A stretch of DNA of 63,994 bases, counting the filler, from Circinaria calcarea (Eukaryota), in the NCBI GenBank assembly GCA_051942165.1. It is 5 parts of 5 records of this genome, joined end to end, with 100 filler letters (N's around TTAATTAATTAA, not from the genome) between each part and the next. Parts side by side here need not be neighbours in the genome. Positions count along the whole stretch, not along the records: positions 13,125 to 26,147 come from JAVECS010000529.1; positions 26,248 to 39,234 come from JAVECS010000530.1; positions 39,335 to 52,305 come from JAVECS010000531.1; 2 more parts are not named here. One strand, 5' to 3'. The notes beneath the pieces are model-generated. The model searched no databases. It worked only from the letters and a program-made list of their open reading frames with translations, and had not been told where the DNA came from. The position numbers and the translations under genes are program-made. Shown here piece by piece: positions 24,839 to 40,784 of the stretch (position 1 is the stretch's first letter; every line of letters begins with the position of its first letter).

Positions 24839-26147
24839 ATGGAGTACCTCATCCGGCTGATACAAATCCACGAAACCTTCCGAAAGCCGGAGATTGAAGC
24901 ATTGGCAATACTTGCCAATGTCGACGTGGAATTTGTAGCATATAGCGAGTATGTATGTTTGAACTTATAGCCCTGCCTTTTGATTGCTTTAGAAAGAGTC
25001 TACTCTTTGGTGCATCTCGCTCATCTCAATTCCACGTCTGATCTCTTCAAGTCCCCTTATTGCATCGTCCGCCTCCCGTCTGTAGCTGCCGCTCGCGCCC
25101 TCATCTCCCGCAGTATCCTCAGCAAAGGCATCTACGAGCTCTGGGGTAGCGGTACAGACTATGACTCCCTCCACGCCGACATCCGCAGCCGCACCTCCAC
25201 CCAATGGCACCTTTACAGCACCTCCTCCTTCAAATTCAACCTGGACCACTACCAAGGCCACCGCTCCTCCACCGCCCAACGCCAAATCATCGAATCCTTT
25301 GCCTACCTCGGCTTCCACGGCCCCATCAAAATGCACAACGCCGCGCAAGAATTCACCGTCTTCGAGGACTACGCCTGGAGCCAGCCCGAACCCCACACCC
25401 TCTACATGGGCCGCTGGATCACCGCTAGCGACCGCGATGCTATAAACACCTATTCCCTGAAAACCCGCGGCTACATCAGCACCACGTCCATGGACTCGGA
25501 ACTCGCCCTGGTGACCGCCAACCTCACGCTCGCCGCTCCCGGAAAACTCTTCTACGATCCCTTTGTCGGCACAGGCAGTTTCCCCATCGCCTGCTCCCAT
25601 TTCGGCGCTGTAAGTACTGGCTCCGATATCGACGGCCGCAGCATCCGCGGTAGAAAGGGCCGCAACATTGTCACCAGTTTCTGCCAGTACAACCTGCAAT
25701 CCCGCTACCTCGACGGCTTCATCTCAGACCTTACGCACTCCCCCTTACGCTGTGAGCCGCTCTTCGACGGCATCATCTGCGACCCGCCCTACGGCGTGCG
25801 CGAAGGCCTCAAAGTCCTCGGCAGCAAAGACGGGTCGGGCAAAGAACCGGTCTTTATCGACGGCGAGGCGGCGCATCTGCAGGACAAATATATCCCGCCC
25901 AAGCGGCCCTACGGCTTTGAAGCCATGTTGGTGGATCTGCTGGAGTTCGCGGCGGGGAGGCTGGTGGTTGGGGGGAGATTGAGTCTGTGGATGCCGACGG
26001 CGAACGATGAGGAGGTGGAGTTGGGGGTGCCGGTGCATGGAAGGTTGGAGGTGGTGAGCGTTTGTACGCAGAAATTTAATAAATGTGAGTTTGCTACCCT
26101 TGACTTGTTGGTTTCTGGTAGGTGTGGGGACGTTTGGGGGGTGGGGA
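24839..26147 (+). CDS. TRM11: tRNA (guanine-10-N2)-methyltransferase; last exon lost in gap
   Basis: HETFRKPE, YISTTSMDSEL, YDPFVGTGSF, GSDIDGR, ICDPPYGVRE; intron 24953-25051; donor at 26085. Confidence 0.92.
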
Positions 26148-26247
26148 NNNNNNNNNNNNNNNNNNNNNNNNNNNNNNNNNNNNNNNNNNNNTTAATTAAT
26201 TAANNNNNNNNNNNNNNNNNNNNNNNNNNNNNNNNNNNNNNNNNNNN
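26148..26247. other. Artificial contig spacer
   Basis: Same 100-nt N/TTAATTAATTAA/N design. Confidence 0.97.
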
Positions 26248-26563
26248 TCACCCGCCCTTTTGGTTCCTTGGATGTACATGTACATATTTTATGTACGTTA
26301 ACACAACAAGAGGCAAAAAGGTCCGGATAACCGGGGCTATGTACCTAGGGAAATTAACACGTGTATGGGTTGCGAGAGGAGGTTAACAAAGATATTTGGC
26401 CTTTGACATTTCACCGGGTCTCCCGATCGTGACCGAAATCTTATCCAACCATCTTCCTCTCGGCCTTTAACCACTCCCTACTTAACCACCAACCCAGCTC
26501 TCCAGGCTGAAAATATCACAGCTATCCTCCCCCACACCCGTCCCTAATCCCCACAGCAACCGT

Positions 26564-30570
<4,007 letters not shown>

Positions 30571-30754
30571 CCATTACGGAGTGCTAGAGCTCTCAGGGTA
30601 GTCGACAAATTACGAGTTCAGGGAGTGGATAATCTTGTTGTGTCTGTCATGGGCAGTGCTTGAATCCAAGTTTCTGCATTGAATTTTACAGTGTTATTAC
30701 AACATATATTCATCATATCCAGGGGTCAGGCAGACGCCATCTCTAGTAAAGGCT

Positions 30755-32763
30755 TCACTTCTTCTCCGTTGGACTTAGCATCAATTCAGGACGGACGTGA
30801 CTGTCAAATTCCTCCTCGCTCAAAGCTTTTAGTTCCATGGCGCTCTCCTTTAGAGTCAAGCCCTTTTTATGAGCATTCTTGGCAACCTTGGATGCCATAT
30901 CATACCCAATGACGGGATTCAAGCAGGTGACCAGCATGAGACTAGGACAACCGGGTTAGCGATATCCTGCTGTTACGCACGTGTATTAGAACATACCTTT
31001 CGTGCAGTAAGCTGTTGATCTTCTTCTCGTCAGCTTGTAATCCCTCGACCAGATTCTTCTCGAAGCTCTTCATGCCATCACTGAGTATCCTTACACTGTG
31101 CAGCAGGTTCCTAATCAGGACGGGCTTGAAGACATTAAGTTCGAACTGTCCATTCATGCCGGATATTGTCACGGTGGTGTGATTGCCCATGACCTGCGCA
31201 CAGATCATGGTTAAAGCTTCGGATTGCGTGGGATTCACTTTCCCAGGCATTATCGAGGAGCCGGGCTCGTTTTCTGGAAGCTGCAGCTCGCCAAGACCAC
31301 AACGTGGACCTGAACCAAGATAGCGTATGTCTTGAGCAATCTTGAACAGAGAACACGCTAGTGTGTTCAAGGCTCCCGATGCTTCCACAATCGCGTCATG
31401 CGCAGCCAAGGCCTCAAACTTGTTCGGTGCGGTTTTAAAATTTGTACCAGTCATCTTGCTAACTTCAGCAGCGATTGCTTCATCAAAACCCTTGAACGTA
31501 TTCAGTCCGGTTCCAACCGCAGTGCCACCCTGAGCAAGGAGGCGTAGATGAGGAAGACATGATTGTACGCGCTCAATGCCATGTTCCAACTGGGTTACGT
31601 AACCAGAGAATTCTTGCCCCAAAGTCAGCGGAGTAGCGTCCTGCAAGTGGGTTCGCCCAATCTTAATGATCTTCTCAAAACTCTCACTTTTGGCTTGCAT
31701 AGCGTCGCGAAGACTCTTCAATGATGGAAGAAGAGATTGCTCGATTTCCAGAACCGAAGCAATGTGCATGACAGTAGGGAAAGTATCATTTGACGAGGCA
31801 GACATGTTGACATGATCATTAGGATGGACCGGCTTTTTAGAACCCATGGTGCCTCCCAATATCTCAATAGCGCGATTCGAGATTACCTCGTTTGCGTTCA
31901 TGTTCGATTGTGTCCCTGATCCGGTCTGCCATACCACAAGCGGGAAATGGTCGATCAGCTTCAAAGATGCTACCTCTTCTGCTGCTTGTTGGATCGCCTT
32001 TCCCAGTTTCGGATCTTATAATTTCTAAGCATTCATAACTCAAAATGAAGTCAATGTATATCTACCAAGTCCAAAGGTCATGTTCACAGTTGCTGCCGCT
32101 CCTTTCAATATACCAAAAGCTCTAATGACTGGAGGGGGCATGCGATCGTGTGGCTGATTGATCCTAAAGTTCTCTAACGAGCTGTTCTGGGGATGTCAGC
32201 AAACAGCGGCTAGTTTACAGATTAACCACGCAAAGGCATGATCACCCTACGTGAGTTCCATATCAAATTGTATCTTACCGTTCGGTCTGTGCACCCCAGT
32301 ACCTATCCGAAGGTACCTGAAAGCCTTTAGAAGGTTGTCTCCACTTGGATGTCTGTAGCCCAATACCTGGATCTCTCCAAACGCATCACTTTCCGTCCTC
32401 GTTTGGGTAGACTACCAGCAATCTTCCGTCAGCCTCAATCCGGGATAGTATGACCCATAGAACCGCCGTAACGTCTTTGAAGTTCAATTGACCACACCAG
32501 GCTAAGTTCCACCTGCCCGGTTGCATTACACCTACCATAATTGTGGTGGATGAATATGTCCGTTGTGCAGCTCTACTCTGCGCTTGCGGCCTTTGGCTGC
32601 GTTGTTGATTAACTGCAGGAGGATTTGATCTTGCGTACTGAGTTGAGAAACAAGCAAGCGGGCCAAGACGGGCTATGGACGATGAAGCTCGGAGCGGTGC
32701 ACATATTCGAGGGAAGCTCCGGACCGTGGTCGCATGTGAAAGAGGAGACCGCACCATCATCAT
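30755..32763 (-). CDS. FUM1: Class II fumarate hydratase with mitochondrial presequence
   Basis: [59 protein letters not shown]; several short 5' exons. Confidence 0.96.
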
Positions 32764-32943
32764 GCCAGGGATCGTAGAGTTGAGTAGGATCGTAAGGATA
32801 ATTAAGGAGTCAATTAGCTGGAGTCACCAATCTCTCACATCAACAATATTCCGTACATCTATCGGTAATCGCCGGAAATAGAGAAATATACAGACCTTCG
32901 CATTGATCCGAGCGTCGTTTGGTATCCCGGAGTAGGCCGCTGG

Positions 32944-32953
32944 ATCACGTGAT
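32944..32953. promoter_or_regulatory. Palindromic bHLH E-box ATCACGTGAT upstream of FUM1
   Basis: Perfect 10-bp palindrome 180 bp upstream of the ATG; matches the Cbf1-type RTCACGTG. Confidence 0.4.
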
Positions 32954-34406
32954 ATGTAGCATGGCGAAGCGACGGCTTACGCGAGTTGAATTGTTGCTGA
33001 CGAACCCTCTCTCCTTCTCCTGTATCTCCTCCACAATCAGCACCTACTTGTACCGAGAGCTTTAGCACGTTTACTAAGCCCATCCATTAGATACTCAGTT
33101 ATGGAAATACTCTTGCCAAACTGCTCAACTGCTCTGGCACCCTCTGCTTTCGCATAATCAAGCCAAGGTGAATGCCAAACGTTTGGCTACATCTCAGGCG
33201 TCTCGTTATCACTCCTCAAATTGTGATACAGCTCCCGTATTCCCTATCCTTATCAAGGGCTATTGCTTACTTGTATGATATCACCCTATACGCTGGAAAG
33301 TTCTGTTTCACACGTGCGCCATAGCATTCACCTACATGGTTTTGTATTTCAACTTTGCTGCCTAAACCGCACCACTAGTCCTGAAAAAATATGAAAGATA
33401 CAAAAGCTATAATCATATTCTCTATACCCGGCATTATCCGACGAGGATCTCTGCCCCTGAGGACAGCTGACGTTCCGGGACATGTCCACGGACTACTACG
33501 GGCTTCGCCTACTTATGTTGGCAATAACTGGAGTGGATCAGCAGCTACACACGTAGGCTCCAGGACCCGCCAGCGACACAGTGCTATACGAAGCCTAATG
33601 TTTCCATGCTCATTCGAGCATCGTCTGACCGCGTCCGTGGCGCCCGCGTATGACGGGACCAGCTCTATAATCTCACTCTGGGCAGGGTGCGTTGTTCCGC
33701 GAATATGGAACTCTGGCATAAGCATGATAAGCACGGTATCTGTCGGAGGTGCTAGTATCCAAGATCATTTACCTCTGACAACTTCGATAAACCGGTAGAG
33801 TTTGCCAAGGTACTGGAGCCGGTACGTAAAATCCCGAGCTTTTGACGCAATTCAATCAGCCGGCGCATGGCCTGCACTGCAGACTCGGAACGCTGAGATT
33901 GAACCAGACTCTGATGGCAGTCGCTTTTCGCACTCACTAGTATATCCACGTCCTTGTGCTTTGACGCTTCAGTCTGGTCAGCAGCGGCTAGCTCATCGAC
34001 CCACTCTCACATATTCGACAGTGATGATTATGAGGTTCTTGTCACATGAGCACTGCTCATCCTTCCAAGCTAAACACGACAGAGGACTAGTACAATCTGA
34101 TTCGATAGTCTGTTAAGCTACATGATACACCGAAAATTACCCGAAATGGTCTCGGTTGCCTAGAAGGAGACTAGGCCCCCTTGGGTGTGGCGAAGGGTGA
34201 CGCCCAAGAATGATGATCATTGGATTATTTCTTTGAAACCGACGGCTTTTTTGGCTGCGCATTCTTCAGCCTGAAGACTAAAATAATCTGCTCTACAGCA
34301 TGATATGTACTTTGCCACAGTACAGGCTACAAAGCTTTTGCCTCTTGAGGCTGGGATTTCCCTTGTCGGTGTTATTAAGTGTCCTTTTTTGCTGACTTCC
34401 TACCTT

Positions 34407-34517
34407 TGAGTCATCTGACTGGCATTTACTTTCTGTTGCAATCACTTGAAACTAACCCTCTTACCCCGGGATTCCTACCTAAGCTACTCGGTACTCTGTA
34501 CTTTGTTCTTTGACTCA
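34407..34517. promoter_or_regulatory. Two Gcn4/CpcA-type elements (TGAGTCA 34407-34413; TGACTCA 34511-34517)
   Basis: Two exact TGASTCA cores, each with a 3' T, about 100 bp apart in the divergent FUM1/cyclin intergenic region. Confidence 0.5.
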
Positions 34518-35746
34518 TCGTTGATCTGCAGCCTGGAATGCGCGCAACCGAATGATCAGGTAGGATAGCAGCTTCTTGGCCAAAGCGGGGGAATGATTTG
34601 CCAGCGCAGGAACTTGCCGTCGCTAGAATGGGGTCTAGGTTGCACTGCTCTTCAAACCTCTTGCTCCATCATCAAGAATAATGCAAATTCAGCATCGGTA
34701 ACACGATCAATGCGATGGCCCATGAAGCAAACCAAGTGTATATCATCACGAAGAATTGTCACGTTCGTGCAACGATGATTTCGACCGACAGACTCTGTAG
34801 GATGCCTCCGGGAGTAAGAAAACAAACTTTGCTGTACCTTTGTTCGCCGACCGCCAGGCACCGAGACCGTGATTGTAGACGAAGTAGACGTATGAAAAAG
34901 TAGTACCAACAGAAGTCAAGACTCCGGACCATGGAAACTTTGACATCAGGTGAACCCAAATTTCATATAGGGGGCTTACTCTCTGTTGGGGATCAGCTTG
35001 TTGTCCTCGGCGCATAAAGATGGCGGTTCGAGAAGAAGCCAACTGGAAAGGCTGGAGGGGCCCGGGTGTGTCATAGTGATTTTGTTCGGGCGGAGGCGAG
35101 CTCTGCCAGTTTATCACTCCCCATCCACCCCCCGAATTCAAACTCCCTCCTCAAAGGTCGCCACGATGGACACAAACGCGTTTGGACGGCGAGTGCCATT
35201 ATAAGTTCCATCTTTACCTTTCCTACCTAAAAGTCTTTTGCGAACCTCTCCACTCTGTCGGCTTTTGTTTTCTGTTTGCCATTTCGACCTGCTTGCGCGC
35301 CCGGAAGCATCCTCGCGAAAGTCAGACAAAGCCTTCCCCTTGCAACCAGGTGTCGCCGCCCATCAGACAAGACTCATCGCTCGCAGTCATTCTCTCAAGG
35401 CTCCAAACAACCTCCTCCTGCCAGCTGACTTACTCATCATATATCTCCGCCCGCCTCCTGTACCCTAGGCCCTCCGACTCACTTCCTCTCCTCCTCCTCC
35501 TCCCCTTGGTCAGCCGGTCTCGCTACGATACTATTGGCCACCTTCATCAAAATTCACTGGATCCAAACATACTTCACTTGGCCCGTCCTAAATTATAAAA
35601 TACTCAACAATCTCCACTCCTCGGACACGTATACCTCTCCGGCCGTCCTCATTTCGTCCTAACCTTTGGCCGTTCGAGTGACAGTCATCCCCTATCACCT
35701 TCGCCGTCCTACCTCCTTGCCACATTCGCAGATTTACTTAGTCGCA

Positions 35747-35851
35747 ATGTGTCAAACACTGGATGCCAGACTCTCATCCCCAGTTACCAGCGGTACAAAG
35801 TCCATCGTAATCGTCTCACAAGAAAAGTTCCTTGAGGTCGCGCCGTATTGA
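35747..35851 (+). other. Candidate uORF (34 aa, MCQTLDARLSSPVTSGTKSIVIVSQEKFLEVAPY) in the cyclin 5' leader
   Basis: First ATG after a pyrimidine-rich, ATG-free stretch and TATAAAA (35594-35600). An overlapping second uORF starts at 35763. Confidence 0.5.
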
Positions 35852-36232
35852 AGGATCCCACACCCGGACTTCAGGAACTTCACGACAACTTCACTGTTGC
35901 CGTCAAGTTCATATCTCAGGCACTTCTGCGTCAGCATAAACTCGACGGTTTCTCACGATTGGATTTGTACTCGCGGTAATTGGGGTATATCAGGAAGCGG
36001 ATTGGGTTTGAACTTGATTATCCTTTGGTGGATACGTCAGAGTTCACATCAGGTTCTGCTTGACTGGTATTGGATACTCGAGGCACCTGTTTAGAACCGG
36101 TGTTTGATCTGCTACTTGTTTACAAGCGGCTTGATAGATCGATTGACCGACACCTTTGCAGTTTGCCCGAGGTCATATCTCGTCACCATACTTTGTTCTT
36201 ATTGCAATAAATTTCCACCTCCTCTCCACGCC

Positions 36233-38539
36233 ATGAACCTTCTACCCTTCGATATTTCGACGCGTCCTTCGCTTCACAAATCTCCCGGACCTCACCCTTA
36301 CGCTTCATCGATTGCTTCTTCCGCGTCTTCATCCACATCTTCGGTCTTTTCTGCAGATGCCTTTTCTTCGCAGAGTTCAGCCCCTTCGTCCTCGAAAAGT
36401 TCATTGAACACCGGATGGGAGCCGGAGCATGGAGGCGCAGACTTACTGAGTGAATTCTTGACAAGCTCATCTGCAGACTCCTGTACTTCGCCTAACATAA
36501 ACTCAAAGACCACGGAGACCGGTACCAAGACTTTGGAGGTGGCTGTCGCCCCTGAACTCCGGCAACATCCCCGTCGTACTCAGCGTCCCGCCCAGCCAGA
36601 AACTCAAGCTACAGGGCTTGCTGATACAGCTCCGAGGCCACCCCCATCGCTAGTTAGACAGTGTCAAAGAAAAGATAATTTCGTCGAAAGTCTCGTCGGT
36701 AAGCTAACAGCCAGAGAGCTATCATGTTCGTATGCTTACTTAGTCCTCTTTTGATAAGATACGACAACGCAGATGATTGAGGTGATATGGCCCCTATCCG
36801 TCATATCATGTAGCCGAGATACTGTTCTCGGTGGCAAGAACCTCATTGGTCTCCGTACTTTTATTCAGGAAGTCCTGAAACGTTCCAAAACCAGTTATTC
36901 GACATTACAAGTGGCACTTTATTATCTGGTACTGATCAAGCCATTTGTTCCAAGGCATGACTTCACCATGGAACAATCCGACGATTCGCATGCGTCCCGT
37001 GCGATGCAGTGCGGCCGGCGCATGTTCCTCGCCGCCCTCATATTGGCTTCCAAATACCTTCAGGATCGGAACTATTCCGCCCGTGCTTGGAGTAAAATAT
37101 CCGGTTTAAAAGTCTTTGAGATTAACACGAATGAAATGGCATTCGTGACTGCAGTTGATTGGAAATTGCACGTTCCTGAGCCGGTCTTTCAACGCTGGAC
37201 TGACGTTGTTTTAAAGTATTCTTCCACGCAATCATCGTTGTGTACGAGGCCTGCTTTAGATCAATCGATATCGTGGAAGTCTATCGTTCCCCGATTGACT
37301 CCTGAACTCGACAACCTTGATTTTCTGGATACTATGCACAAGTCAAACGCTCCAAAGAGCGCTGGCTTTTGGCCTGCTGTCGATTGCAAAGATTTATTTG
37401 GATCACCGACTAAAGGACTTTTCAGCCCTTCGTATCCACACACGCAGCCATTCGGCTCAACAATCTCACCTTGGTCTTCTTCCAGCGAACAGACACCCAC
37501 AAACATAAATAACTTACCACAAGTTTTAGAACCTACTCCTCGCGAATGCCCTTTGACTTCTCGGAGATTGCCGCCCTTGCCCTTTATGGGGCCTTTACCT
37601 ACACCACAAATGACACCCCAAGTTAGCGATTTTAGCACCCCTGCAGTGAGTGCTACTGGTGTTTGCTCTAGGAGACCCTCCATGAGCTTTGCAATGAAGC
37701 AACTCCAGAATGCAAGTATAGCGCGCACAACACTCGACCAATGGAGACCCAGTTACCAGGAAACCCTTCCAGGTCTAACTCGCCGTTCATCTCTTGTTCA
37801 ATCGGCTTCCTCATTATCGTCACCGGAGTCAATGCTTTCGGATACCTCTTCCCGTTCTTCTCGAGCCTCGTCAATTTCATCCGTCGCATCTTCGAATTGT
37901 GCGCTACCACAGCCTCGCTTGGCTGTCCAAGCGACCCGTCGATGTGCGAACATGCAACTTTCAGGAATTAAAGAGAATGCGCGATCAGATATCCGATCCC
38001 CCTCCGTAGCCAGAGATTTCTCTTGGGATTCATACACTTCATCGCCCGAGTGTCTCAGTGGCGGTACCCACGATTATTATCACAAGGCCGCAAAGGCGTG
38101 TCTGCCAACCCAGCGGAGTGTGAAGCTTCCCATTACTCATGATCTCTCCGACCAGGAAGCGGCAGAAGGTCTTCGCGATTTGGCTCTGAACCGTCAGCGC
38201 ACCGTTGCGCAACCTCAACCTAACCCTAACCGAAAACGCGAACGGCCAATTTCCATGGAACTGCAACAGACTGTTCGCGCAATGATTACACCCCAATGTC
38301 TTGGTGATATCACAAATCAACAGCGCGATTACGAGGATGATGGCACTGTCCTTCCGGATGCTAGAGTTGCCGACTCGTTTTTACTGTGTGAAAATCTCAA
38401 ATTACCAGAATTGAAGGGGTTAGCCAACGGAAGGAGTAGTACGAGTAACGAAGGCCATTGTACAGGGAGGAAGAGGGTCTGCTGTGGGGAAGAAAGGCCG
38501 ATGATGGCCGGTCCGGGGATGTGGGCCGGAATCATCTAA
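36233..38539 (+). CDS. CLG1: Pho85-type cyclin, Clg1/Pcl5-like
   Basis: RKDNFVESLV|DTTTQMIEVIWP across intron 36699-36758; LRTFIQEVLKRSKTSYSTLQVALYY; CGRRMFLAALILASKYLQDRNYSARAWSKISGL; long Ser/Pro tail. Confidence 0.85.
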
Positions 38540-39234
38540 TATGTGAAAAAGGGGAGGAATTAAGGACTTTGCGCATTTAACCCTGGACGCGGAGAACGAG
38601 GTGCCTGGGTGGACGGATGATGCATCGGTCTTTGTATTATTTACTACGTGGCTGAAACAGCGCGGGGGGTGTGTGGCATAGAGGGTTGTTGCAGTATCTT
38701 TTAGCTCGAGAGACGCCTTCTGACAACAGGGTCGGGTTGCATTTCTGGAAGATGTACGAGGAGTGTGAAGAGCGATGAGGTGATTTTTAATTATATATGT
38801 GAAATTTTGATTTATATTATATACCAGTAGCTCCACAACCTGTCACATTCGCCCGCCCACATTAACCTCCCAACCTTTTGCCGTTTCCGGAAAGGGAATG
38901 GAACCGACTAAACTGCCCTGAGCCGGACTGGGAACCGCAATCCATCCACCCAACTGCCACTACCAACCTTTCCAATCCCCCATCCCCATCCCAATCCCCA
39001 TCCGCCTCCCGTTCCGGTTGCGGGAAATTAGTTGATTTGATTTGGTTGGAGTTGAATTTCCCGAAGAAGGAACGAAGAACGGGGTTGGGGTTTGGTTTGA
39101 TTCTTGGATTTTATGGGATGACTATGGGATACATGTTTTTTTTGAAAGCCTTGTGGTATGGTATGGTAGGTACCTTGCTGGGTATTTGGGATGGGATGGA
39201 ATGGAATAGGGGTAGGGTAGGGGTAGGGGTAACT

Positions 39235-39334
39235 NNNNNNNNNNNNNNNNNNNNNNNNNNNNNNNNNNNNNNNNNNNNTTAATTAATTAANNNNNNNNNN
39301 NNNNNNNNNNNNNNNNNNNNNNNNNNNNNNNNNN
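39235..39334. other. Artificial contig spacer
   Basis: Same 100-nt design. Confidence 0.97.
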
Positions 39335-40463
39335 CCCCCAGCATCTCCAAGTCGTTGGCTCCGTCCCCGACACAAAGGGTTTGGGATAGAGGAATCGAGC
39401 TCGACGAGGCGATTTCGAGCAGCAGAGAACGTTTGGCGGAGGCAGTGATGATGGGGTGGGTGGGTGAGAGGTGGCCGGTTAGGTGGGGGTAAGGGAAAGC
39501 TGGTGTGGGAGGCGAGGCGGAGAGCTGGAAATGGAGGGTAAGTTAGAGCATGGAAGTCTTGGTTGATGTGTATTTAGAGCAAAAGAAGGCTTGAAGGTAA
39601 GATTTCTAAGACCTAGAACGATTTGCACAGAACAGACAAGTCGCATCAGAATTGGGGGTCAATGATGTGGTATTTACGTAGAAACTACGTACATGGTTCG
39701 CAAATGCATAATCCAAGCCCAATTCTCCTTTTACCCACTCCGCCATCTGTACAAATCCTCCACTCAAAACCGCCATCTTGACTCCCAGTCTCTTTAATCC
39801 TCTGCACAGCTCCCTTGCCCCTGTAGCAAACGTCAATTGCCCCTTCAAGTCCTCCCATACGTCCGCTCTCACGCCTTTCAGTAGTGCAACCCTCTCCTTC
39901 AGTGAAGCAGCGAAGTCAAGCTCCCCCGCCATGGCGCGCTCGGTGATGGCAGAAACGAGTTGTGTGACACCTATACTGCGGGCAAGCTCGTCGATCACTT
40001 CTTGGTTTATCAGGGTAGAGTCAAGATCGAAAACTGCGAGTCCGAGAGGGATATGCTCGGACCGAGGACAAGGGAGGAGTTGTAGGACAATTTCGAGACT
40101 GTGGGTCTCTTCAAAGGCGACAAGACCAGGATGTATACGGAGATTGGAGGTGAAAGATAAAATGGAGGATGAAACGAGAGTGTATTTATTCTGTATGACA
40201 CGGGAAGATAGGTGCCGGGAGGTTTGGAGCGTTAGTGTATTCGGAGAAAGGGCGGAGGATAGAATACTACTCAGCTCGGCTGCTTGAGAAGAAGAGATAG
40301 ATGCTGCGGATTCAGTAGTTGGCTGTAGAGATTGTATTGTCTGGATGGAGGAGTCTAAATTCCCTGCTTTCTTGGGTTGTGCAAACAAGGTCGCTACAAG
40401 CTGAAATGTCGTGCTGCCCGATTGGGGCTCCGGAATCGGTGAATAGCTAGTTATACCAGCCAT
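39335..40463 (-). CDS. SER2: Phosphoserine phosphatase (HAD family), 3'-truncated at spacer
   Basis: FDLDSTLINQEVIDELA, ITERAMAGELDF, LSGGF; second exon ends CVGDGANDLEML at the gap. Confidence 0.92.
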
Positions 40464-40784
40464 TGTTGCGAAAATATATAAGCCTAGGTTGCTGAAATGT
40501 TCAAACAGGCTATCTCAGGATCGATCTCCAATTGCTTGAACCTTCCGATGGGGATGAAAGACCTATAAGTATCGTATAGAACTTAATGTTGAAAGTTGAT
40601 TGTTGCCTGCGTAAGGGCTATAGTAAAATATGTCAGGTTCTCTAATATGCTTTCCAAAGATCAGGGCTAAACCCTGAGAGTAGCGCTTGGAGCGCGCTTG
40701 GCGTAGCGGCTCGCTCGTCAAGGTCATAGGTGACTTGAAGAGTAGCAATCGAGTAAACTCACTCAAGCACCTGCATCTTCCAGG

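Noticed and set aside
24989..25699. Long antisense ORFs (236 aa here; also 1203-1793, 49515-50249, 51686-52237)
   Set aside because: Shadows of real genes caused by codon bias; no recognisable domains.
38219..38232. CTAACCCTAAC resembling a telomerase RNA template
   Set aside because: Lies inside the cyclin CDS, where it encodes PNPN.
39205..39232. Telomere-like TAGGG repeats at a contig end
   Set aside because: Units are irregular TAGGG(G), only four copies, and not TTAGGG arrays.
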